Of a stretch of DNA of 64,000 nucleotides, positions 36,255-44,819 are shown one piece after another; positions within the stretch are counted from its first letter, which is position 1; every line of letters starts with the position of its first letter. The DNA comes from a virus (lineage: Duplodnaviria; Heunggongvirae; Uroviricota; Caudoviricetes). Location: IMG/VR virus record IMGVR_UViG_3300022562_001204, positions 78,551 to 142,550 of that record; one strand, 5' to 3'. The notes below the pieces were generated by a model, which saw only the letters and a program-made list of their open reading frames with translations, was not told the DNA's origin and searched no databases. The position numbers and the translations under genes were made by a program.

Positions 36255-36268
36255 CTCCTTTATATATG
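36255..36268 (-). promoter_or_regulatory. CATATATAAAGGAG gene-start motif before 35594..36247
   Basis: Exact ctcctttatatatg, 3' of the hairpin at 36274..36307. Confidence 0.4.
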
Positions 36269-36273
36269 TCAGC

Positions 36274-36307
36274 ATACCCCCACGAGACCTATTCTCGTGG
36301 GGGTATG
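36274..36307. terminator. stem-loop catacccccacgaga-cctatt-ctcgtgggggtatg
   Basis: 14-bp perfect stem. Confidence 0.4.
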
Positions 36308-36311
36308 AATG

Positions 36312-36788
36312 TCAGTAGAAACTTTGAGGGTTCTTGAAGCTCTGGTAGTTCAGCAACATCGCAGCGGCAGCATAGACCACCAGGATCCATCCAGACCCGG
36401 CTAATGTCAGGACTCCTGCCAGGACAACCAGGGTATTTCGCATGTACCGTGTCGGGGAATTGTACAGACAGATCACGGAGACTGCCGTCACCATGGCTAC
36501 CACGCGGGCGGTAATGTCCATCGCCACGGCCAGGGGTCCCCAGATGTCTTCACCCACCGTTTGGACCAGAAGCCAGGGAACCATAGCCAGGATCACGGTT
36601 GTCGTGATGAACATCCCGGCGCTGCTGTACAGGGTGGACACCCCGTAGCATCGCTCGTCCAGATAGGCTGACATGGCAGATTTCTGGGAGAAGACGTACT
36701 GGCGCCCGTAGGCCCAGGTCATCAGGACTCCCGACAGGAACAACACCAGCGAGAAACCATTCAACAGAAGCTCAAGAAGCGTGAACAT
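36312..36788 (-). CDS. small polytopic membrane protein 1 of 8 (158 aa)
   Basis: About four hydrophobic helices. TACTATAAGGGAGTATCGCC before the ATG. TGA stop. Confidence 0.5.
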   Translation of the reverse strand: MFTLLELLLNGFSLVLFLSGVLMTWAYGRQYVFSQKSAMSAYLDERCYGVSTLYSSAGMFITTTVILAMVPWLLVQTVGEDIWGPLAVAMDITARVVAMVTAVSVICLYNSPTRYMRNTLVVLAGVLTLAGSGWILVVYAAAAMLLNYQSFKNPQSFY

Positions 36789-36813
36789 GGCGATACTCCC
36801 TTATAGTAATCGC

Positions 36814-37302
36814 TTATGATTCTTTCCACGTGGCGGATTGCCAGCGGAACAGTTGGAGCCGTCCGAGGATGAGGACGGCGATGCTAATGAAGATCAAAGC
36901 GGCGTTAAACGCCAGTAACAAAACCGAACATAACACAACAGCGATTCGACCTTGGCGGGAGAGGTCGAAGTTCAAGCCGACCACAATCCCCGCAATGAGA
37001 GTGGGGATGAGTCGACTCCCCAGAAGCACAGCCTCGACCACGGGGTCGTAGGCCCGCCCACCCAGCAGCTTCCCTGTTGCGTAACACAGTGCGGTCAGAA
37101 ACACCATAGCCCCACACAGCTTGGAGTGGTCCTCCACGATTCGACCAGTCCCCAAAGTCACGTGACCTTCCTTGGTCCGATAAGGGTCTCTCGACACTAC
37201 GTAGGTCATGGTCAGTCCATAGAGCCAGTGAAGCTCAATATAGAGCACCATAGACGCCAGGACTGTGTAGACCACGTAGCTGTTCGAGAAACACTCGTTC
37301 AT
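36814..37302 (-). CDS. small polytopic membrane protein 2 of 8 (162 aa)
   Basis: About four hydrophobic helices. GGAGGGG SD. TAA stop. Confidence 0.5.
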   Translation of the reverse strand: MNECFSNSYVVYTVLASMVLYIELHWLYGLTMTYVVSRDPYRTKEGHVTLGTGRIVEDHSKLCGAMVFLTALCYATGKLLGGRAYDPVVEAVLLGSRLIPTLIAGIVVGLNFDLSRQGRIAVVLCSVLLLAFNAALIFISIAVLILGRLQLFRWQSATWKES

Positions 37303-37303
37303 G

Positions 37304-37780
37304 TCACCCCTCCGTTGTTTGCTTTACCTTACGCCCAATGAGCCCCAAGAACACCACAGCAATGATGGCATTGAGCCAGCTGTATCCCAGTAACCCTATC
37401 GCACAGAACGTTACCAGAATTACCATTCGATTCGGGACTGCCAGGGTGACGTACCAAACCCAGACAATGATGGTCGCGATGCAAGCGATCAGAAGTATGG
37501 TGCTGTACTCGGCAGCCAGTAGAAACCCAGGACTTCCCACGGTAGGATGACCGTAATCAATGACGAGGTAGATCGCGAAATACCCCACGATACAGGCAAG
37601 TAACTGAGGGGCTTTCTTGTATATGTTCTCCCAGCACGCCTGCCTTTGTTTCTCTGGGAATACGACGAGGCTAAACATGTTGTCGAGTCCCGCTTTCAGA
37701 GTGGCTTTCGCTGTAACCAGTGCCGATATGACAAGCAGCAAGCAGAAGAAGTTGACGCTATAATCAAGAACGATGTTCAT
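37304..37780 (-). CDS. small polytopic membrane protein 3 of 8 (~158 aa)
   Basis: The track start lies inside the upstream gene. The ATG at 37780 (MNIVLDYS) follows GGGGAG. TGA stop. Confidence 0.5.
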   Translation of the reverse strand: MNIVLDYSVNFFCLLLVISALVTAKATLKAGLDNMFSLVVFPEKQRQACWENIYKKAPQLLACIVGYFAIYLVIDYGHPTVGSPGFLLAAEYSTILLIACIATIIVWVWYVTLAVPNRMVILVTFCAIGLLGYSWLNAIIAVVFLGLIGRKVKQTTEG

Positions 37781-38243
37781 TTTGCTCCCCAGATCTAAGT
37801 TTTGCGTCGTCTTCACACGACCACGCGAGCACACAGAACCCGACCCCTACCACCAGTACGGTCAGATTCAAGTTAAACATTATCAACGCCCCGACCAGGA
37901 AGACGAACCGAATGAAACGGAACGTCATGAGGTACATGGAGAGAATCGACGCTACCGTGACCCCTGAGAGTAGGTATGCCGACAGTACGGCCACCCTACG
38001 GACGCCCTCGCTCCCGTACCCGGTACCCAGAAGGTTGAGCATCCCAACAGCCGCCAGTGGTAAGAGCATGGATGCGAGAAGCGACCAGCGGGCGTCACTG
38101 ACCAGGGAGTATCCAGGGATACGGAGGTTGAACCGCCCCAACCAGGGTTCTTCTGGAACCAGGTAGTACCGGGTCGCTAGGTATGTAAAGCTCAATGAGC
38201 TCATGAGCAGCATCAAGTACAGCAGGTTAGCGATACTGTCCAT
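37764..38243 (-). CDS. small polytopic membrane protein 4 of 8 (159 aa)
   Basis: The ATG directly abuts the TAG of the upstream gene, in the same frame. AAAAAAAGGAACCGATAG precedes it. TGA stop. Confidence 0.5.
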   Translation of the reverse strand: MDSIANLLYLMLLMSSLSFTYLATRYYLVPEEPWLGRFNLRIPGYSLVSDARWSLLASMLLPLAAVGMLNLLGTGYGSEGVRRVAVLSAYLLSGVTVASILSMYLMTFRFIRFVFLVGALIMFNLNLTVLVVGVGFCVLAWSCEDDAKLRSGEQNEHRS

Positions 38244-38660
38244 CTATCGGTTCCTTTTTTGTGTTGCGAGGTTGTTTTCGATAAACAGGATGGGTAAAAC
38301 GACGGAGAGAGCGATCCCTACGGGGTTACCCAACCACCCAAGAATCACACCAGCCGGCATGAGGAGTATTTTGGTCGAGGTTTTAACCTCGAATTCAGAA
38401 CCCACGACAGCGATACTGACCAAGAATCCCTGAACACACGTCACGATGCCAACGAAGTGAAGGAAAGGCGTGTGTCCTGCCAGGTCGGTGACCAGTGCGA
38501 TGGCCAGTAGTGGAAGACCACCCACTAAGAGACAAACGACCTGATGTTTGTTACGCCGAACCTCAAAGTTGAAGAAGATCCCGTTGAGGACCACCCAGAA
38601 CGTTCCAAGCAGACTCACTGCTTGGAACGTCAGAAGTACCATGCTTTCTTGCTGGGTCAC
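38244..38660 (-). CDS. small polytopic membrane protein 5 of 8 (138 aa), TAG stop
   Basis: The stop is TAG at 38244..38246, immediately followed in frame by the next ATG. Confidence 0.5.
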   Translation of the reverse strand: MTQQESMVLLTFQAVSLLGTFWVVLNGIFFNFEVRRNKHQVVCLLVGGLPLLAIALVTDLAGHTPFLHFVGIVTCVQGFLVSIAVVGSEFEVKTSTKILLMPAGVILGWLGNPVGIALSVVLPILFIENNLATQKRNR

Positions 38661-39091
38661 GAGATCTTTGACCTGGTCTTGAAGTTCTCCATACTGACGG
38701 CTATCAGCATCGCTGATGCGATGAGCGCCAGTGTCACGGGATTCGAACCCGCTGCGAAGTGGGTGTAGTAGGACAGGGGCAGGCTAGCGATAACCAGCCC
38801 CGCACCGACGATCCGAAGACCCCGACTGTAGACACATCTGACGGTAAGTAGGGCCAACATGGTCGCGAACGAAAGGGAAATGCTGAACGCACCCAGCATC
38901 AGCGACAAGTTGGCAGCTGGGTCCTTGACCTGAAGGTAAATCAGCCAGTAGGCAGGATACAGGCCAACAACGACCAGCGCGGACAGCACGATGTTGGGTT
39001 TTGAGATCTGGGGACTGATGATCGCCATGGAGACCACGCTGACAAGAGCCAGCATGGCGACACCCAGTGCGAGGTGATGAAGATCATTCAT
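38657..39091 (-). CDS. small polytopic membrane protein 6 of 8 (~144 aa)
   Basis: The track ORF has a long Arg/Pro-rich N-terminal extension that is not believable. The ATG at 39091 (MNDLHHLALGV) follows CCAAGGAGTACCAGC. TGA stop. Confidence 0.5.
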   Translation of the reverse strand: MNDLHHLALGVAMLALVSVVSMAIISPQISKPNIVLSALVVVGLYPAYWLIYLQVKDPAANLSLMLGAFSISLSFATMLALLTVRCVYSRGLRIVGAGLVIASLPLSYYTHFAAGSNPVTLALIASAMLIAVSMENFKTRSKIS

Positions 39092-39512
39092 GCTGGTACT
39101 CCTTGGATTTGGTCCAACCGAAAAACACAACAATACAGACACAGACAAGGACGGGGACTGGGATGCCCTTGATGGCAAACACCAGGGAGACCCCCAGCCC
39201 AATGACTCGATACACAACAGCCAGCCGCTCTCGCGTGGCGAATACGGCAACCGCCATGGCGCCGCTGGTCCAGATACCGACCTGGGTCGTGGCCGACGCC
39301 AGCGAGGCGACCCCTGTACCGAGGTCATACATCCCACCCAGAGCCATCAAGGGACTCAGTACGCCCCCTATGTTCAGCCGTTCGATGATTGTGAACCTGG
39401 GTTTCTGGCTGGCGGGTCTCAAAATGTAAAAGACGGTCAGATAGATCAAGCTCGCAGTCATCACCACCAGCAGCACAGCATCTATCACGAAGAAGAGGGC
39501 GGTATCGTCCAT
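39084..39512 (-). CDS. small polytopic membrane protein 7 of 8 (~142 aa)
   Basis: The ATG at 39512 (MDDTALFFVID) follows CAAAAGGAAACTCACC. TGA stop. Confidence 0.5.
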   Translation of the reverse strand: MDDTALFFVIDAVLLVVMTASLIYLTVFYILRPASQKPRFTIIERLNIGGVLSPLMALGGMYDLGTGVASLASATTQVGIWTSGAMAVAVFATRERLAVVYRVIGLGVSLVFAIKGIPVPVLVCVCIVVFFGWTKSKEYQHE

Positions 39513-39988
39513 GGTGAGTTTCCTTTTGTCAGGCACTTACGGTTCTTGAAAGACCAGGCTGTAAGGCCCAGTAGTGGAAAAGGTGCCGCAATGAAGAGAT
39601 CGTTACACTGGGTGAACGCCAGTACGCCCATCATGATCAGACGGGCATACGTAGGGAGGGGTAACCAGGCATTGAACAGAATCGTGATCCCGATCGCCAC
39701 CGTCAGGGCAGAGATGTTTCGAACGATGTGTTCACAACCGGATACCCACGCCTCGCTGTGGCTAATGCTGAGCCAGCTGAACGCCCCAGCGGTGGTAATC
39801 AACTCGAAGAACCCAGACCCTCCGATCAGCAGCAGCACCATGACCCAGAGGTTCTTTTTGAACATGGGTTTCGATAAAGGGTAGTAGATGCCCTCCAGGA
39901 ACATCCGACAGCCATAGATGAAGATACCCCCCTGCATGAGCAGGAGGGTATAACACATCACTTCACGCACATACAGAGAGATCACCAC
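39485..39988 (-). CDS. small polytopic membrane protein 8 of 8 (167 aa)
   Basis: GTG start after AGGAGGACCCAA. TGA stop. Confidence 0.5.
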   Translation of the reverse strand: MVISLYVREVMCYTLLLMQGGIFIYGCRMFLEGIYYPLSKPMFKKNLWVMVLLLIGGSGFFELITTAGAFSWLSISHSEAWVSGCEHIVRNISALTVAIGITILFNAWLPLPTYARLIMMGVLAFTQCNDLFIAAPFPLLGLTAWSFKNRKCLTKGNSPWTIPPSSS

Positions 39989-40470
39989 TTGGGTCCTCCT
40001 GAGATGGGTTCATACGTGACCACAGGGCCGATGAGATCCCGAGGGGTCACTACTGGAGTGACCCTGAGACGCATCTGGCATGCCGTATACAGCCTGAAGT
40101 AGATCAGCTCCTGCGGGGAGGTCCCATGAAGATCCCACCCGTAGAGGTGAGCCTTCACAAAGAACGCTGAGAGATTCTTACGATAGACCCCGATGGGACC
40201 ATCGTTCTTCATCAGCATGATGCCATTGTACTCGTCGCTCTGGATCCACTCATGGCCATGGCGGTCGATATACGTCGGCGTAGGGCTGATCGCGGTCAGC
40301 CCCTCGTTTGCGGTTCCTTCGCGGTAGGCCACTGTCAACATCAGTGGCAACTCGGCCAGGTTTCCCATCCCCTCGCAGGGGAATTCGTTATACTTCTGCC
40401 CTTTGAAAGCATAGAAGTATTCCGGTCTGGCCCGATGGAGTTTGTTACCCAGGATTCTGCGAAGGTTCAT
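39982..40470 (-). CDS. hypothetical protein (~162 aa)
   Basis: The ATG at 40470 (MNLRRILGN) follows TGTCATAAAGGGAACCAAC. TGA stop. Confidence 0.5.
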   Translation of the reverse strand: MNLRRILGNKLHRARPEYFYAFKGQKYNEFPCEGMGNLAELPLMLTVAYREGTANEGLTAISPTPTYIDRHGHEWIQSDEYNGIMLMKNDGPIGVYRKNLSAFFVKAHLYGWDLHGTSPQELIYFRLYTACQMRLRVTPVVTPRDLIGPVVTYEPISGGPKW

Positions 40471-40521
40471 GTTGGTTCCCTTTATGACAACATAGAGGAG
40501 AGGCATCCCTCTCCCGAAGAA

Positions 40522-40764
40522 TTAGAAGACGATCACCGTGGGGTGTCGTTGCTGTGCGTCCCGTTCGGCAGCCTTTATGGCCGCTCTGTCGGTCTGATGC
40601 CCTGACTTGGGGCGCCAGTCCTTGTCTTGTTCGGTTTTGACGTAGAGAACAAACCCTGTACTCAGATCGTCATTCTTATCGAAGGCCTCGTCTGTATCAA
40701 TGATCCGATACGCTACGTGGTCGTTACTTTTGCACTTGAACGTCGAAACGATTCTTTGTTCCAT
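40522..40764 (-). CDS. hypothetical protein (80 aa)
   Basis: TAA stop. A stem-loop lies upstream at 40786..40809. Confidence 0.4.
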   Translation of the reverse strand: MEQRIVSTFKCKSNDHVAYRIIDTDEAFDKNDDLSTGFVLYVKTEQDKDWRPKSGHQTDRAAIKAAERDAQQRHPTVIVF

Positions 40765-41040
40765 AGTCCCTGTTCACCTATCAAATCCCCAGGACCTCTA
40801 GGTCCTGGGGCTATGCCATCTATTTTATTTTCTGGCGGGAAACCCTAGCCGAATCTAGGGCACCCGGTTATGCTAAGGAAACCCCCAGGTACAGTACCCG
40901 TACCCGGGGTCGGGCTTTAGTAGGTGGCGTTCCCAGGCGAGGGAAATGCGAGGGACTGGCAAAGTTTCATAATAGCCATTCGGGGCGCAGGCCAGGCTCG
41001 CAAGTTGCCACCTCAGGAAGAGGAGCTCAAGCATCGAGGT

Positions 41041-41478
41041 TTATTTCACGGAGTTGGGATCCAGCACATAGGCGGCTGGGCGGCTGTACCACTCGGCAGT
41101 ACCGCATTGACAGTAGGCAAATGGCCCTTCACTGTCGAACGTGTAAGGAGCTTTACACTCCGTACAGTACGGCCAGTGGGGGAGTTCTGTCTGACTGAAG
41201 TCCGGAGAGTTCTTGGGATTCGCTGTGAGAAGCCCGTGCTTCATCAGTTCGGGGAACAGCTCACCGAAGTACTGGAACTTCTTCAGGGTCTTGCTGACAC
41301 CCTCTCGGGTCTCGGCATCCCTGGCGATGCTCTCGTAATACTGGATCGTCGGAACCGCCCGGGCATCCTTGGCGCGAAGAATGAAGACGGGTTCGGTCGG
41401 GGGAATGACCTCCCCGGTAGCCCGGTTCACCAGGGCTTCACCCACAATGGTGTACTTCTCACACTGGTGGGGTTCCAT
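41041..41478 (-). CDS. hypothetical protein with C-terminal Cys-cluster (CTEC...CQC; possible zinc ribbon)
   Basis: 145 aa with a TAA stop. The overlapping plus-strand ORF 40924..41517 is judged an antisense shadow. Confidence 0.5.
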   Translation of the reverse strand: MEPHQCEKYTIVGEALVNRATGEVIPPTEPVFILRAKDARAVPTIQYYESIARDAETREGVSKTLKKFQYFGELFPELMKHGLLTANPKNSPDFSQTELPHWPYCTECKAPYTFDSEGPFAYCQCGTAEWYSRPAAYVLDPNSVK

Positions 41479-41488
41479 AGGTCACCTC

Positions 41489-42133
41489 TTAATGACGGGT
41501 CGATGAGGGTTGATTGATAACGGTTTTGATAGACTCGGGGGTCTTACGACCATCGGCTGCCAACGGCATATCCGTGGGTCCACCCATGGTCTTCTGGACG
41601 GACACCAGGCTGTCGCAAAGCGTCTTGTAGCTCTTGAACCCCGGATTACTCTCGTAGTTCCGGAGCTTCATGTACGCCAAACGACAGCCATTGGTGGTCA
41701 GTTCTTCATGGACGAGGATGGCCGCCGCTGCTTTGGCACGCATCTCCGGTCCGCCAGAGGTCTGGATCTTCCGGGTGTTATCCATGAAGGTGTTCATGTC
41801 TCGCAGACAGAACTTGACTATCGGGGCACCCAGGATGTCCAGCTCAGCGACACCTTCCGGAACATTGGTGTTTCGCCAGCGTACCAGCGTATCCCACATG
41901 TCCAAGATGTCATCGAGGACTCCCACCAGCTGCCGGACATAGTCCTGCGGTTTGGTCAGGGGGTTTCGAGCCAGGCGGTTACCTTCCATGGCCTGCAACA
42001 GACACCGGTCGTTCACGTTGTAGAAGAATTGCTCTTCCTCCGTGCTGCCGGGTGTCAGTTTGGCTGCCAGGTAGGCGTCTCTCCAGTGGGAGAGCGACTT
42101 GGCGATCGGAAAGCTCTTCTCGGGCTCGCTCAT
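41489..42133 (-). CDS. hypothetical protein (214 aa)
   Basis: TAA stop. Confidence 0.5.
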   Translation of the reverse strand: MSEPEKSFPIAKSLSHWRDAYLAAKLTPGSTEEEQFFYNVNDRCLLQAMEGNRLARNPLTKPQDYVRQLVGVLDDILDMWDTLVRWRNTNVPEGVAELDILGAPIVKFCLRDMNTFMDNTRKIQTSGGPEMRAKAAAAILVHEELTTNGCRLAYMKLRNYESNPGFKSYKTLCDSLVSVQKTMGGPTDMPLAADGRKTPESIKTVINQPSSTRH

Positions 42134-42618
42134 GGTGGTCCTTGGTTCAGTACAATTGATCGTTCAATCCGGAAACAAAACTCCACGCCATGCAGGAAGG
42201 TACGCACGTCCTGGATGCGATGGAGGTCGTATTCTCCGGGTATTTTCTTAATGACGGAATAGCCGGCATTCAGGGGATGGCTGCGCTCCATCAGGTACGC
42301 TCGCCAGATAACCCCAACTTCATACATCCGAAACGAGGCTAAAACCTTGAGATCGATCTCTAAAGACCGGTAGTCCTGGCCGCGTCTTAGCAGGACTCGG
42401 ACCTTGGAAGATCCAGAGGAATCGGAGATGTCATACGACTCCCCGACTAAAAATCGTTCCTGTCTGTCCAGGATGAAGACGGTCACTTCCTCCAGGACGA
42501 CCCGTACCATAGGCGGATCTCGGGGTATCGCCTGTGTGACAAAGACCCCATGTTTATCTGATCGAAGAATAATCTTCTCTACACCTTCCCCCACTCCCTG
42601 GGGTACCCTCATGTCCAT
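42130..42618 (-). CDS. hypothetical protein (162 aa)
   Basis: ATGA overlap with the downstream gene. TGA stop. Confidence 0.5.
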   Translation of the reverse strand: MDMRVPQGVGEGVEKIILRSDKHGVFVTQAIPRDPPMVRVVLEEVTVFILDRQERFLVGESYDISDSSGSSKVRVLLRRGQDYRSLEIDLKVLASFRMYEVGVIWRAYLMERSHPLNAGYSVIKKIPGEYDLHRIQDVRTFLHGVEFCFRIERSIVLNQGPP

Positions 42619-42666
42619 TTGAAAACTCAGTGCATGTCCATAAGAAGTATATAGTGCCGAGATTCC

Positions 42667-43197
42667 TTAGGAAAGGTCAAGCTTCAGGCGATATTCCCCG
42701 TTCTTGATCCGAAGCGTCAGGAGACTCCCGATATGGGCAGGTAGCGGCTCTCCTTTAATATAGAACCGTAGTCGACCCTTATGGCAGAGCCTGGGCTCTA
42801 CCTCGGTCAGGTCGATGTTCTGGAGAAGCCGATCCTGTTCACTGTAGGACAGCGTCAGGGAATGACTACTGGGGGTCTCGTACCAAAGAAGGTCTTTCAC
42901 ATCGCTCTGGTAGTCCACGATAGTGAACGACCGGCACTCAAAGTCCTCCGGAATGGTCCGGTAGTCCCGCTTATAGAGACCAGAAGCCGCTAAGAACGTA
43001 CGTCCCACCCCACTGTTGTGAAAGACATTCCGGGTTCCGATATACCCAAGCTGACCGTTCTGGTAGATCAAGCTGTGTCGCTTATCGATGGGAATGTCCA
43101 GTGATTCGTTCTGTCCACGGTATCGTTGTTCCCAGGATAGGACGGACTTCAGTACCAGCCCCATGTGTTCTTCAGGTACTTTGATAATGATTTTCAC
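42667..43197 (-). CDS. hypothetical protein (176 aa)
   Basis: TAA stop. Confidence 0.5.
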   Translation of the reverse strand: MKIIIKVPEEHMGLVLKSVLSWEQRYRGQNESLDIPIDKRHSLIYQNGQLGYIGTRNVFHNSGVGRTFLAASGLYKRDYRTIPEDFECRSFTIVDYQSDVKDLLWYETPSSHSLTLSYSEQDRLLQNIDLTEVEPRLCHKGRLRFYIKGEPLPAHIGSLLTLRIKNGEYRLKLDLS

Positions 43198-43205
43198 GCA
43201 GCATG

Positions 43206-43242
43206 CTCCCCTGTCTGTCCCTAGATAGGACAGACAGGGGAG
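43206..43242. terminator. stem-loop ctcccctgtctgtcc-ctagata-ggacagacaggggag
   Basis: 15-bp perfect stem. Confidence 0.4.
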
Positions 43243-43247
43243 AAATG

Positions 43248-43505
43248 TCAGCTGGCCAGGTAGACCCGCTTCAATGTCGAGGTTTCACCTACATTACTGT
43301 ACATGGTCACCAACTTCTGGGTGGTCAAGTCGTAATAAAGATAGGCTTTTGATGTGTCCCCAGTAACGTCATTCTGATCGGTGATGGTATACACCCCTGA
43401 TCCAGAGCTCAACGGAACCATGGTAAAACGTTTCACTGTGAAACTCACTGGGTTCGGAGCGATGGTGATGTCCTGAACCAGCGAAGTATAACCGAGCGTA
43501 TCCAT
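43248..43505 (-). CDS. small protein downstream of fibre gene, copy 1 (candidate fibre assembly/chaperone)
   Basis: 85 aa. It is about 65% identical to 44561..44818 (shared MDTLGY...GDTSKAYLYYDLTTQ.LVT.YSNV.ETSTLKRVYLA) and is coupled to the upstream gene through GGAGGTGAT-ATG. Confidence 0.5.
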   Translation of the reverse strand: MDTLGYTSLVQDITIAPNPVSFTVKRFTMVPLSSGSGVYTITDQNDVTGDTSKAYLYYDLTTQKLVTMYSNVGETSTLKRVYLAS

Positions 43506-43506
43506 A

Positions 43507-44553
43507 TCACCTCCAGGGTCCGGTGATGTCGATCATGGCGTATCCTTGACCGACCCCTACATTCGAACTCGAATTGGTAACCCAGGTGCTTGTGTTGATA
43601 TAGCTAGATATCCCAACGATCATGAAGACCCGGTCTGTCATCCCTGTCACGTTAGTGAGGAGAATGTCGGTACCTGGCGACGCAGTAAGTTGGTCGTATA
43701 ATCCAGGGACAGCACCTACAATACGAGTGGTGGCCTCGGTTGGGATCTCTACCACATACACGGGTCTCGCAATGACACCAACGCCTTGTGAGTTCGGAAC
43801 TCCTAGTGAGTACCGTCGATATCCAAGACCGTTGTTGAGATAATCATCAATGTCAGTTGATGTGTTAATTAAACCTCTTGCAAAATCACTGGTGAGGTGC
43901 GCGTAGGGATTTACGCTAGAGCCGTCATACAGTTTCCAGGTCCTAGCGACTCTAGAATTAGTGCTGCTATTACTGATATAGGAAAGTCGCCCGTACCGAT
44001 TGTAAACACCCGGGAGGTTAGCTGCCGGGTCGAGATCGGTAATATCCCCATAAGTAGTTGCTGCATATGGGTGATCCCCAAAGGCAACCAAATCCCCGAA
44101 GAAGTACCCAGCGGCGAGTGTTGGGACGTCGGCATCCGGGTATGTGAAGAGATGAAAGCAATACTCGTCAGCGAATAACTTCCAGGGTCTCGTGGTCGTT
44201 GAGAGCTCGTCTGACTTGGTGATCGGAGACCCCTGGGTGTAGAGGGCGAGACCGTAGGCATTGGTGCCTGTGTCGATATCGGTCATCGTCTCATACGCGA
44301 TCCAACCCGCTTTCATGGCAGTATACGTGGCAGAAAATGCCGCGTCATCCTGAACACGGAGGTAGTGACGGTAACCCAGCAACGGTCTGAAGACCGCTAC
44401 GTTCGTCCCGGTGAACTCCTCGGACCAGCCGACAGGAGACTTTGACCCATACCCGTCTATCAGGCAGGCCCTGAGCACATCGAGTAGCGTACCGGCGGTA
44501 CCGCTGAGGGTAGGCGCGTCAGTGTCATCAGAATAATAGGCATATACCGTCAT
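43507..44553 (-). CDS. tail-fibre / receptor-binding-like protein, copy 1
   Basis: 348 aa. The N-terminal ~150 aa is near-identical to that of 44820..45863, with a divergent centre and a conserved C-terminal IDITGPWR. TGA stop. Confidence 0.55.
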   Translation of the reverse strand: MTVYAYYSDDTDAPTLSGTAGTLLDVLRACLIDGYGSKSPVGWSEEFTGTNVAVFRPLLGYRHYLRVQDDAAFSATYTAMKAGWIAYETMTDIDTGTNAYGLALYTQGSPITKSDELSTTTRPWKLFADEYCFHLFTYPDADVPTLAAGYFFGDLVAFGDHPYAATTYGDITDLDPAANLPGVYNRYGRLSYISNSSTNSRVARTWKLYDGSSVNPYAHLTSDFARGLINTSTDIDDYLNNGLGYRRYSLGVPNSQGVGVIARPVYVVEIPTEATTRIVGAVPGLYDQLTASPGTDILLTNVTGMTDRVFMIVGISSYINTSTWVTNSSSNVGVGQGYAMIDITGPWR

Positions 44554-44560
44554 AGTCGCT

Positions 44561-44818
44561 TCATCCTGCTAGGTAAACACGTTTAAGTGTGGAGGTCTCA
44601 GCGACGTTGCTGTAGATCGTCACCAGTTGTTGGGTGGTCAGGTCATAGTAGAGGTACGCCTTGGACGTATCTCCGGTCCCTGAGTCCACGTCCTTGGCCG
44701 AGAAAGCCAGTGATCCATCCGCCAACGGCACCACGGTCGGCACCTTTCTCAGAAATTCCACGGGACACTCTGACTGGAGTGGTTGGATAAAGAGTGAGTC
44801 GTACCCAAGCGTATCCAT
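44561..44818 (-). CDS. small protein downstream of fibre gene, copy 2
   Basis: 85-aa paralog of 43248..43505. Confidence 0.5.
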   Translation of the reverse strand: MDTLGYDSLFIQPLQSECPVEFLRKVPTVVPLADGSLAFSAKDVDSGTGDTSKAYLYYDLTTQQLVTIYSNVAETSTLKRVYLAG

Positions 44819-44819
44819 A

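Noticed and set aside
35777-36337. 186-aa plus-strand ORF overlapping 35594..36247
   Set aside because: Antisense shadow. The minus-strand gene has a strong SD and a paralog.
39982-40470. Possible endolysin (HGHEW…D…H pattern) following the membrane-protein array
   Set aside because: The spacing and residues do not match the M15, lysozyme or amidase signatures I know. Left as hypothetical.
40924-41517. 197-aa plus-strand ORF overlapping 41041..41478
   Set aside because: The minus-strand ORF matches the strand and polarity of all neighbours and has a TAA stop. The plus ORF is a shadow, although its 5' part overlaps the structured 40765..41040 gap that is flagged separately.
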